Origin: a virus
Lineage: Duplodnaviria; Caudoviricetes
DNA length: 29,927 bases
Reading direction: 5' to 3' (one strand)
Virus record (IMG/VR): IMGVR_UViG_3300042569_000095
Coordinates: 1-29,927 of that record
In this document: in pieces, positions 8,939 through 16,276 of the stretch
How positions within the stretch are numbered: position 1 is the first letter of the stretch
Layout of the letters: every line of letters starts with the position of its first letter
Made by a program: the position numbers and the translations under genes
Notes under the pieces: model-generated
What the model saw: the letters and a program-made list of their open reading frames with translations, nothing else
Databases searched by the model: none
What the model was told of the DNA's origin: nothing

Positions 8939-9791
8939 TAACGGATGGGGAGATGGCGCAAGTAACAATGCAATAGGTTGGGGGCAAGGCGCAGTCAATA
9001 ACTCAATATCTTGGGGAGATTCTCACGAGGTATCTTGGGCAGGACTTACGGATATAGTTGGTTTGGCTTACGAAACCGAATATCAAGCAATTTTAGATAA
9101 AGCAATTGAATTGGGTTATTCTTTGCCGAGTGATGCAGTTAAACTCAAGCAAAACACATTGCTTACTTCTTTAAAGTCTACGGGTGTTTGGGCAAAACTT
9201 GATGTGTTCTATGTATTCGCTCAAGATGGCGGTTCATCATTTGCTACGCTCAATTGGAAGAATCCTGCTGCTAATCAAGCAGGCATTGCTTCGTCTCCTA
9301 CGTTTACAAGCAATCAAGGCTTCACAGGCAACGGAACAAGCAGCTTTATTGACACAAACTTTAACCCTGCAACGCAAGGAGTTCAGTACACTCAGAACAA
9401 CGCTTCTCGCTACTTCTTTACTCACGCGATAGGCACAGGTAGGTTTGACGGAAATACAAGTGGAATCAACTCGATAACATTAGGTGTAATAGGTTCGCAG
9501 CGTATCAATTCAGGTGCAAATAATGCCGTACCTTCCATTGACATTAATTCAACGGCAAACACCAAATCAATACACCGAACATCCTCAACGGCAATAACTG
9601 CCTACAATAGCACGACTTCACAAATTGCAGTTCAAACATCAGCGAGCGTTGCTTCTGCTAATCAATGGATTTTACGTTCATCAGGTAACTATGGCACGCA
9701 CACTTGCGCAGCTTATGGAATGGGAGCTTCAATGATTTCAGAACATACCAACTTTATTAATTCTTGGAACACTTATAAATCTTCACTATGA
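8928..9791 (+). CDS. Putative fibre/decoration or receptor-binding protein
   Basis: N-terminal WG repeats and a Ser/Thr/Asn/Gly-rich beta-sandwich-like C-terminus. Confidence 0.5.
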   Translation: MANSNGWGDGASNNAIGWGQGAVNNSISWGDSHEVSWAGLTDIVGLAYETEYQAILDKAIELGYSLPSDAVKLKQNTLLTSLKSTGVWAKLDVFYVFAQDGGSSFATLNWKNPAANQAGIASSPTFTSNQGFTGNGTSSFIDTNFNPATQGVQYTQNNASRYFFTHAIGTGRFDGNTSGINSITLGVIGSQRINSGANNAVPSIDINSTANTKSIHRTSSTAITAYNSTTSQIAVQTSASVASANQWILRSSGNYGTHTCAAYGMGASMISEHTNFINSWNTYKSSL

Positions 9792-9985
9792 TAGTTCTAC
9801 ATCCAAACGAAGAACAATACAACGCATTGAACGGCTACACTAATGATGTATATAAACTGATTTTTGCAATTGATGGAAGCGGCAGGTACATCGTAGGTCT
9901 CGAGGTATTGAATGACTCAAACTTCAGCGAGATTCATGAGCAGCTATTAGAACTTGAACAAATAACATATACACCTGCTGAATAA
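9788..9985 (+). CDS. Small acidic protein, possible fibre partner/chaperone
   Basis: Coupled to the upstream gene by an ATGA overlap. Confidence 0.55.
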   Translation: MIVLHPNEEQYNALNGYTNDVYKLIFAIDGSGRYIVGLEVLNDSNFSEIHEQLLELEQITYTPAE

Positions 9986-10410
9986 TGAAATCTAAATCCT
10001 TATTATTCGTGTTTTCAATATTTGCCGTACTCGCACCTGTAAAGCCTATGGTTCTAATGGCAGTTGCTACTATCATTTTGGATATGGGATTCGGAGTATG
10101 GCGCAGCGTAAAGAAAAACGGATGGTGTTCAATAAGCTCACGCAGGCTTTCAAATACGATTTCTAAAAGCCTTTTGTATTCAGGTGCTATAGTATTTATC
10201 TTTCTTCTTGAAAAGTTCATCCTTGCGGATTTATTAGCTTACTTCATTTCGGTAGACCTTCTACTCACAAAAGCATTTACTGCCTTCTGCGTATTCACGG
10301 AAGTTAAGAGCATTAACGAAAACTACTTCTCGGTAACTGGTATCAATGTTTGGGAAAAATTTATGCAATTTGTTAAGCGTAGCAAAGAGCAAGTAGAAGA
10401 ATTGAAGTAA
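9985..10410 (+). CDS. Holin
   Basis: Three hydrophobic segments, ISSRRLSNTISK and EVKSINEN motifs typical of phage holin_4-like proteins; upstream of the endolysin. Confidence 0.8.
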   Translation: MKSKSLLFVFSIFAVLAPVKPMVLMAVATIILDMGFGVWRSVKKNGWCSISSRRLSNTISKSLLYSGAIVFIFLLEKFILADLLAYFISVDLLLTKAFTAFCVFTEVKSINENYFSVTGINVWEKFMQFVKRSKEQVEELK

Positions 10411-10415
10411 CTACA

Positions 10416-10478
10416 CTCGACTGCTCGCCATAGGTGAACACCGAGAATCCCCCGATGATACTGTTGTCGGGGTTTATT
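10416..10478 (+). terminator. Structured intergenic element with a terminator-like hairpin between holin and endolysin
   Basis: CTCG/CGAG enclosing TCGCC-ATA-GGTGA, then CCCCGATGA/TTGTCGGGG followed by TTTATT. Confidence 0.5.
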
Positions 10479-10511
10479 AATGTCAACTTATTAACTCAAA
10501 AAACTTGACAA

Positions 10512-10976
10512 ATGCTGACAACCGCACAAGCCATAGCAAAATACGGACTACCTAACGAATCAGGTACGTATCTAACTACAATCAAACTGCCTTATCCTAT
10601 GCGCATTGCTTGGGATACTAAAACAATGGTGACAAAGATGAGATGCCATAAAGACGTAGCTGATGCGTTTTTAAAGGTGTTTAACGAGCTTTTATCCGTG
10701 TATGGGTACAATCGCCTTGTAGAGTTAGGAATAGACCTTTACGGAGGATGTTTCAACTATCGCAAGATGCGAGGTGGCACGTCTTGGAGTAAGCACGCTT
10801 TCGGTATTGCTATTGACTTAGACCCTGCAAGAAACACGCTGAAAGAAACAAGCAAGACTGCACGATTTGCTCGTCCTGAATACAAAGAAATGATTGACAT
10901 ATTTTACAAACACGGATTCATCTCACTTGGTAGAGAGAAGGGGTTCGATTTCATGCATTTTGAGTATGCGAAATAA
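10512..10976 (+). CDS. Endolysin, peptidase M15 family (L-Ala-D-Glu peptidase-like)
   Basis: [10 protein letters not shown] (SxHxxGxAxD) and the C-terminal DxxHFE zinc ligand. Confidence 0.9.
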   Translation: MLTTAQAIAKYGLPNESGTYLTTIKLPYPMRIAWDTKTMVTKMRCHKDVADAFLKVFNELLSVYGYNRLVELGIDLYGGCFNYRKMRGGTSWSKHAFGIAIDLDPARNTLKETSKTARFARPEYKEMIDIFYKHGFISLGREKGFDFMHFEYAK

Positions 10977-11397
10977 ACTTATTTTGTCGCTAATATTGTC
11001 AATACTTGCGACATCTTGCGGTGTTAATTACCATATAAATAAGGCGATTAAGAAGGGTTATCGTTGCGAGGGGGGTGGCGCTGATACAATTCGTATAACT
11101 TCAGTTGACTCAATTCCGTACGTTTTAAGAGATTCTATTGCTTGGGAGAAGGTAATAGTCCAAAAAGATACAATCGTGCGTTACAAGCGTTCCTACGTGC
11201 CTAAAACACGATTTCAGACGAAGATTGAATATAGACTCAAGCGAGATACCCTACGAATGATTGAAAAAGTTGAGGTTGTGAAATGGAAAACAGAAAAACA
11301 CAAAAATACTAAACCTAATATATTACTCTTAGTTTTAGGATTTGCAGTAGGAATGATAACAAACTGGCTACTTCGTAACTTTAAAAACCCGCTATGA
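10966..11397 (+). CDS. Spanin-like lipoprotein (unimolecular spanin architecture)
   Basis: Start ATG 10966: [18 protein letters not shown] lipoprotein signal plus a C-terminal TM helix; follows the endolysin. Confidence 0.65.
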   Translation: MRNKLILSLILSILATSCGVNYHINKAIKKGYRCEGGGADTIRITSVDSIPYVLRDSIAWEKVIVQKDTIVRYKRSYVPKTRFQTKIEYRLKRDTLRMIEKVEVVKWKTEKHKNTKPNILLLVLGFAVGMITNWLLRNFKNPL

Positions 11398-12425
11398 AAC
11401 AAACACGCTATCGCTTAAAATCAGATGAGGTACAAATCATCGAACAATACCGAGCGATAAAAAACGAAGCTAATGCACTTGGGTTAGACGAAAAGGACGT
11501 AAAACACGGATGGATAAAAAACAAAGAGGCAAGTCTTTTCTTTAAAAATCCAAACTTTAACGGACAACAAGACAAGTTTAACGAGTTCAAAGATGAGTTA
11601 ATTAGAGATTTGGCTGAGTATAGTCCGTCTTATCCTACGTTAACACGAACTCAAAGCGAAGAAGGACATCTCTTAGTCATAGACCCTGCTGACATCCACA
11701 TAGGTAAGTTATGCGATGCGTTTGAAACAGGAGAAGACTACAACTCTCAGATAGCCGTACAACGTGTTTTAGAAGGTGTACAAGGCATTTTAGACAAGTC
11801 CGCAGGATTTCATATAGACAAGATTCTATTCGTTGGTGGAAACGATATTCTCCACATAGACACACCAAGACGAACAACCACGTCAGGCACTCCACAAGAC
11901 ACCGATGGTATGTGGTATCGTAATTTTTTAACCGCAAAACAATTATATGTTGAGATTCTTGAAAAACTCATTTCTTTGGCTGATGTGCATTTTGTGTTCA
12001 ATCCTTCTAACCATGATTACACTCACGGATTCTTTCTTGCTGATGTTATTAAAACACATTTTCGTCAGGCTGCAAACATTACTTTCGACTGCTCTCTTCA
12101 ACATCGCAAGGCATATAGATACGGAGAGAATCTAATCGGCACTACTCACGGAGATGGAGCGAAGCAGCAAGACTTACCGCTATTGTTGGCTACTGAGTTT
12201 CCTTTAGACTGGAGCTTAACCAAGCATAGGTACGTTTATATGCACCATGTACACCACAAGTTGTCTAAAGACTATCAGGGAGTAACCGTAGAATCTTTGC
12301 GTTCTGCATCAGGTGCGGACTCTTGGCATCACCGAAACGGCTATCAGCACGCTCCAAAAGCTATAGAAGGATTCTTACATCATAAAAAACACGGACAAAT
12401 AGCACGTTTATCTCACATCTTTTAG
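11394..12425 (+). CDS. Calcineurin-like metallophosphoesterase
   Basis: DIHIG, GNDILH, SNHD, HGD and HHVHH motifs. Confidence 0.8.
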   Translation: MKQTRYRLKSDEVQIIEQYRAIKNEANALGLDEKDVKHGWIKNKEASLFFKNPNFNGQQDKFNEFKDELIRDLAEYSPSYPTLTRTQSEEGHLLVIDPADIHIGKLCDAFETGEDYNSQIAVQRVLEGVQGILDKSAGFHIDKILFVGGNDILHIDTPRRTTTSGTPQDTDGMWYRNFLTAKQLYVEILEKLISLADVHFVFNPSNHDYTHGFFLADVIKTHFRQAANITFDCSLQHRKAYRYGENLIGTTHGDGAKQQDLPLLLATEFPLDWSLTKHRYVYMHHVHHKLSKDYQGVTVESLRSASGADSWHHRNGYQHAPKAIEGFLHHKKHGQIARLSHIF

Positions 12426-12433
12426 TATATTTG
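12426..12433 (+). promoter_or_regulatory. Bacteroidota -7 promoter element TATATTTG
   Basis: Matches TAnnTTTG; weak -33 element; only about 50 nt upstream of a terminator. Confidence 0.55.
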
Positions 12434-12437
12434 TGAC

Positions 12438-12487
12438 ACCTGCCACTTATTCATAGCGTAAGAGCCATCCATTCGGGTGGCTTTTTT
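12438..12487 (+). ncRNA. Candidate ~50-nt sRNA 2 (promoter - seed - terminator)
   Basis: No ORF. Contains TTCATAGCGT (12450-12459), shared with 6158-6167, directly before a terminator hairpin. Confidence 0.55.
12461..12487 (+). terminator. Intrinsic terminator ending the late/lysis region
   Basis: GAGCCATCC-ATTC-GGGTGGCTT with a T run. Confidence 0.85.
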
Positions 12488-12644
12488 GTTAGTTATAACA
12501 TACATAAACGGCAAAATTCCGACTTTCTGCATAATATATTACACATAAAACCCACTTTAAAGTGTGATTATTTATACCCGATAAGTAATAATTTGTCATA
12601 AAAAGGACGAAATCACAATATATTGTACCTTACAGGGTACGTTA

Positions 12645-12703
12645 TGTCACAAAGTAAGGGTAAAACCTTACGAACTTTGTCACAAAATAAGGGTAAAACC
12701 TTA
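12645..12703. repeat. Two 26-bp direct repeats TGTCACAAARTAAGGGTAAAACCTTA, 33-bp period
   Basis: 12645-12670 and 12678-12703, 25/26 identical; each contains the palindrome TAAGG-N6-CCTTA. Confidence 0.95.
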
Positions 12704-12783
12704 AAACGTAAAAAAAACTTTGCCTCTACAACCCTTGTAAAATAAGGAAATCTAAAAAAATGTTAAAAAAAGTTGTGGAAAAG

Positions 12784-12814
12784 TTTGGTATGTTGTGAAT
12801 AGTATCTATATTTG
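12784..12814 (+). promoter_or_regulatory. Early promoter, full Bacteroidota consensus
   Basis: TTTG-N19-TATATTTG. Confidence 0.85.
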
Positions 12815-12839
12815 CATATAATCTTTTAACAAAAACGCT

Positions 12840-13016
12840 ATGAAAAAAGACGAAATTTTAGAACTCATCCGCAACAAAGAGCAGGAGTTGTATGAGGACT
12901 TGCAGAAATGCAAAACTTGGTATGGTGTAGACCACAAACACACACGCTACGCATTAGGAGCTTGGGGTGCAGTATTAAATTTATTACAAACAATCGAAGA
13001 AAATGAAATCAATTAA
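12840..13016 (+). CDS. First early gene, 58 aa (MKKDEILELIRNKEQELYEDL...)
   Basis: Not in the ORF track. Directly downstream of the consensus promoter; overlaps the next gene. Confidence 0.75.
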   Translation: MKKDEILELIRNKEQELYEDLQKCKTWYGVDHKHTRYALGAWGAVLNLLQTIEENEIN

Positions 13017-13248
13017 TCAGTATGTAGTTTGGTTCAAAGGATTGAATCAGGACGAGAGACAAATTTTAGGTGGTGCAGTTACGGCAGTTTTAGGGTTTGC
13101 GTTTTTATGTTGGTTAGCTTCAACGAACACTTACCCAGTGTTAGATGCAAAAACACGAGACAACCAAACGTATCAAAAAAAGACCTACGAACTAAAGCCG
13201 TCATTTGACAAATATGTCAACCACGTTTATAACGACAAATTCAAATAA
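13003..13248 (+). CDS. Small membrane protein
   Basis: One TM segment, ILGGAVTAVLGFAFLCWLA. Confidence 0.7.
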   Translation: MKSINQYVVWFKGLNQDERQILGGAVTAVLGFAFLCWLASTNTYPVLDAKTRDNQTYQKKTYELKPSFDKYVNHVYNDKFK

Positions 13249-13249
13249 A

Positions 13250-13558
13250 ATGATTGATATAGATATCCGTGACCACGAGTGCATCAAAGTATTTGGCGAA
13301 GCTGCAGTTGATTTATTCGTGGAATTCGAAGATGTGGGAGACACCGAGACCAATGGCATAACTATGGCAACCTACACTATCCGAGTTGGTGACTCTTATG
13401 GCGATTATAAAATAACTGAAAAATACTATTATGAAAAACTTACTATCAAACAAACAAAAGAATGCGATGAATACCTCGCCAAGCTCTACGAACAGTGCTA
13501 CTTTGAGCAAGCATATGTCGAAGCCATCAACGAGGATGAGCTTGATTGGTTCATTTAA
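13250..13558 (+). CDS. Acidic hypothetical protein
   Basis: Start moved to ATG 13250, just after the upstream stop. Confidence 0.7.
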   Translation: MIDIDIRDHECIKVFGEAAVDLFVEFEDVGDTETNGITMATYTIRVGDSYGDYKITEKYYYEKLTIKQTKECDEYLAKLYEQCYFEQAYVEAINEDELDWFI

Positions 13559-13643
13559 CCACTATCAGGTAAATCGATTTTGGACATCATTTAACCACGA
13601 CTTATACAACCGAATTTGTGAAATTAAAATGACAGAGATATGA
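13536..13643 (+). CDS. Small hypothetical protein (MSLIGSFNHYQVNRFWTSFNHDLYNRICEIK...)
   Basis: 3' part of track ORF 13431-13643; coupled to the next gene by ATGA. Confidence 0.5.
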   Translation: MSLIGSFNHYQVNRFWTSFNHDLYNRICEIKMTEI

Positions 13644-13840
13644 CACCGAAAGAGAAAGCAATAGATTTAGTAGAGCAATTTTCATCCGTGTTAATGCACG
13701 ATGAGGTTTACGAAGATTCAATTAAATGCGCAGGTTTATTTGTTGATGAATTAATTGAGGCTTTACACGAGAATGCTTGGCAAAATAGATTAATAATAGA
13801 TTTTTGGAAAGAAGTAAAACACGAAATTGAAAAGCTATGA
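13640..13840 (+). CDS. Hypothetical protein (MTPKEKA...FWKEVKHEIEKL type)
   Basis: ORF track; coupled starts and stops. Confidence 0.75.
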   Translation: MTPKEKAIDLVEQFSSVLMHDEVYEDSIKCAGLFVDELIEALHENAWQNRLIIDFWKEVKHEIEKL

Positions 13841-13992
13841 GATACAAATTAACATACAAAATAGGACTAGCAGTAGTCCAAGAATGGATACTCACCTCGC
13901 AATCTTTAGCCTATTGGAAGAAACACGACTTACTTGTGACAGGCAGATACAATGACGGAAAATTTATAGTAACACCAATAGAACCGAAATGA
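13837..13992 (+). CDS. Hypothetical protein, 51 aa (MRYKLTYKIGLAVVQEW...)
   Basis: Not in the ORF track. ATGA overlaps at both ends. Confidence 0.7.
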   Translation: MRYKLTYKIGLAVVQEWILTSQSLAYWKKHDLLVTGRYNDGKFIVTPIEPK

Positions 13993-14381
13993 CGAAAGTA
14001 GAACTTATAGAAAGCCTTATAAATGAATACGGCTTGAAATCAAAAAACCGCAGCAGAGATTATCTATATCGCAGATACTACCTTTACAACGAACTGCGCA
14101 AAATTGACTACACGTTAACTGAAATAGGAAATATGTTCGGTGGTAAACACCACGCTACTATCCTGCACGGACTACGTCAACACGAAGACTTACATCGTTT
14201 CGGATACGAAGACTACAAGATAGCTACAAGGCGAATAGACGAGGTCTTATACGGTGCAACGCTTCCTTACTACGATGATTCACCTGACTTGGTAAAAGAC
14301 GTTCTAAAAGCGAAGACTTATAGCCAGTTCAAGAAAATTCAGCGACACATAAAATTAGGTAAATACGAAAAAAGTTTATAG
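13989..14381 (+). CDS. DnaA C-terminal-like HTH DNA-binding protein
   Basis: LTEIGNMFGGKHHATILHGLR resembles the DnaA domain IV signature (L..IG..FGGRDHTTV.H). Confidence 0.7.
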   Translation: MTKVELIESLINEYGLKSKNRSRDYLYRRYYLYNELRKIDYTLTEIGNMFGGKHHATILHGLRQHEDLHRFGYEDYKIATRRIDEVLYGATLPYYDDSPDLVKDVLKAKTYSQFKKIQRHIKLGKYEKSL

Positions 14382-14410
14382 CTGATGCAACCTTTTTGAA
14401 AGTTATACGT

Positions 14411-14418
14411 TATATTTG
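14411..14418 (+). promoter_or_regulatory. Bacteroidota -7 element, overlapping a GCAAC...CGTTA motif
   Basis: TATATTTG at 14411; GCAAC at 14387 and CGTTA at 14408. Confidence 0.65.
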
Positions 14419-14423
14419 TAGGA

Positions 14424-14513
14424 GAGTTGGCTCGACACCATAAACTCGAAAGGAATTATTAACCCTTGTATTGAAACGAACGTCGAGCCTCGTGGATATG
14501 CAGGGGTTTTTTT
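14424..14513 (+). ncRNA. Structured leader: two hairpins with complementary loops ending in a terminator
   Basis: GGCTCGAC (14429-14436) and GTCGAGCC (14482-14489) both lie in loops; 11-bp outer stem plus T7. Confidence 0.65.
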
Positions 14514-14532
14514 ATTTTTAAAAATTTAAATT

Positions 14533-14706
14533 ATGATTAAAAAAGAATTTTACGAAACATTGAGCGAAGAACAAATTGTTATTTCAATCGGAAAAATGAC
14601 AGGACGCTTAATAATTCACACAAACCAAGAGGGTGTGCAATTTGAAAAAGAAGAGGTTGCAGATTTAATTCAAGTTTTAAAAGAGTTTTATGTCAGGATG
14701 GATTAA
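14533..14706 (+). CDS. Hypothetical protein, 57 aa (MIKKEFYETLSEEQIVISIG...)
   Basis: Not in the ORF track. Fills the gap between the leader and the initiator gene. Confidence 0.65.
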   Translation: MIKKEFYETLSEEQIVISIGKMTGRLIIHTNQEGVQFEKEEVADLIQVLKEFYVRMD

Positions 14707-15319
14707 AATACATCGCAAGTTTTTAGAGTGGGAATGGTTTAATAAATCGGAGGCAGTTCACTTGTTTATGTATATGCTTTTAAAAGCTAATCACAAGGAT
14801 GGAAAGTGGCAAGGCATTGAAGTAAAACGAGGTCAGTTTATTTCGTCTTTAGGTAACATTTCTAACGCTACTGGTATATCAATTCAAACGATTAGAACCA
14901 TTTTAAAAAAGTTAGAAAAGACTAATGAAATTGAAGTAAAATCAACAAGCCAATTTACTATCGTAACTATCTCAAAATATGATTGTTACCAAGAGCAAAA
15001 CGATGAGACTAACAAACCACTAACAAACAATCAACAAGCGACTAACAAACAACTAACAACTAACAAGAATGAAAAGAAAGAAAGAATGTTATTTATAGTG
15101 CCTTCACTTCAAGAAGTTTCGGCTTATTGTCAGGAAAGAAATAATAAGGTAGATTCGCAAAAGTTCTTTGACTTCTATGAATCAAAAGGATGGATGGTAG
15201 GAAAAAACAAAATGAAAGATTGGAAAGCTGCGGTTAGAACTTGGGAAGATAAATCTAAATCTAATCAAGTTGAAGAGCCTAAAGAATTATTATTAGCACG
15301 AAAATTAGGACTATGCTAA
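14690..15319 (+). CDS. Replication initiator (lambda O-like organisation)
   Basis: GWIKIHRK N-terminus, wHTH, repeat-encoded linker, C-terminal FYESKGWMVGKNKMKDWKAAVRTW; next to the helicase. Confidence 0.8.
   Translation: MSGWIKIHRKFLEWEWFNKSEAVHLFMYMLLKANHKDGKWQGIEVKRGQFISSLGNISNATGISIQTIRTILKKLEKTNEIEVKSTSQFTIVTISKYDCYQEQNDETNKPLTNNQQATNKQLTTNKNEKKERMLFIVPSLQEVSAYCQERNNKVDSQKFFDFYESKGWMVGKNKMKDWKAAVRTWEDKSKSNQVEEPKELLLARKLGLC
15008..15067 (+). repeat. Iteron-like 11-bp-period repeats (ACTAACAAAC); probable origin
   Basis: Units at 15008, 15019, 15030, 15041 and 15052, followed by an A-rich tract. Confidence 0.75.
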
Positions 15320-16197
15320 CGAAACAAGGAGATGCACTACAATACCTATTGGATGTGCGAGATGGTAAAATCAAACAAGGACTCGGACTTGACTGCTTCT
15401 TAGATGAGCATTTAAGATTCAAGCCTAAGCAACTTAACATAATCTTAGGACACGATAATGTTGGTAAGACGTATTGGATAAACTGGTACTTTCTCACGCT
15501 TGCACTTAAACACGGACTCACGTTCTGCATTTGGTCAGGTGAGAATCAAAAAGGTCAAATCCTTAGAGATATGATTCAAATGTATAGAGGCAAACATTTC
15601 AGTAAACTGAGCCACTCACAAATCAGCGGAGACCTTGCTTACTTGGAGCAGTTCTTTACGTTCATTGATAACTCGAAACTCTACAAACCTGATGACATAC
15701 TCGAACTATTCAAGCAGAGCGGATGCAATGTAGGATTGATTGACCCGTTTACAGGCTTAGACCGTGAAATGAGCTTTGCAGGTAACTACGAATTTATGAA
15801 CCGAGCAAGGCAGTTTGTGAATCAAACGGGAATGACCATCTACATAAACACGCATCCTAATACTGAATCAGGAAGAACTGGTAACATCTATCAAGATGGC
15901 GAATGGAAAGGACATTTGAAACCGCCACTTAAAGACCACATTGAAGGTGGTAAGGCTTTTTTGAATCGCTGTGATGATATGTTTGTGATACACCGCCTAA
16001 TCAAACACGAAACAATGAAGCTAATAACTTGGGTAGGAGTAGAGAAAATCAAAGATACTGAGACAGGTGGAAAGCACACGGCATTAAATGAGCCTGTGTA
16101 TTGTTACTTCAATTCAGGAATCGGATTCCAAATACACGGAATAGACCCTTTAGAAAAACACCGACCAAGAGAAATACAAACACAAAACCCTTTTTAA
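15313..16197 (+). CDS. DnaB-like (SF4) replicative helicase
   Basis: Walker A GHDNVGKT, Walker B LIDP, H3 THP. Confidence 0.8.
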   Translation: MLTKQGDALQYLLDVRDGKIKQGLGLDCFLDEHLRFKPKQLNIILGHDNVGKTYWINWYFLTLALKHGLTFCIWSGENQKGQILRDMIQMYRGKHFSKLSHSQISGDLAYLEQFFTFIDNSKLYKPDDILELFKQSGCNVGLIDPFTGLDREMSFAGNYEFMNRARQFVNQTGMTIYINTHPNTESGRTGNIYQDGEWKGHLKPPLKDHIEGGKAFLNRCDDMFVIHRLIKHETMKLITWVGVEKIKDTETGGKHTALNEPVYCYFNSGIGFQIHGIDPLEKHRPREIQTQNPF

Positions 16198-16276
16198 AAT
16201 GGAAAATAAATTACAAAAATGGCAAGAACAAGTATTATATTTAACACGATTTAAAAACAATAAAATAACAAAAGCT

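Noticed and set aside
9184-9432. Alternative-frame + strand ORF inside the fibre-like gene (also 11947-12135 and 23050-23256)
   Set aside because: No slippery site, start context or recognisable motif; they lie wholly or almost wholly within better genes.
12645-12703. 26-bp repeats as a mini CRISPR array
   Set aside because: Only two copies with a 7-nt gap, and no cas genes.
16199-16276. N-terminal extension of the PP-loop ORF
   Set aside because: The PP-loop normally lies within the first ~10 residues; ATG 16277 fits this and has the AAAGCTATGA context.
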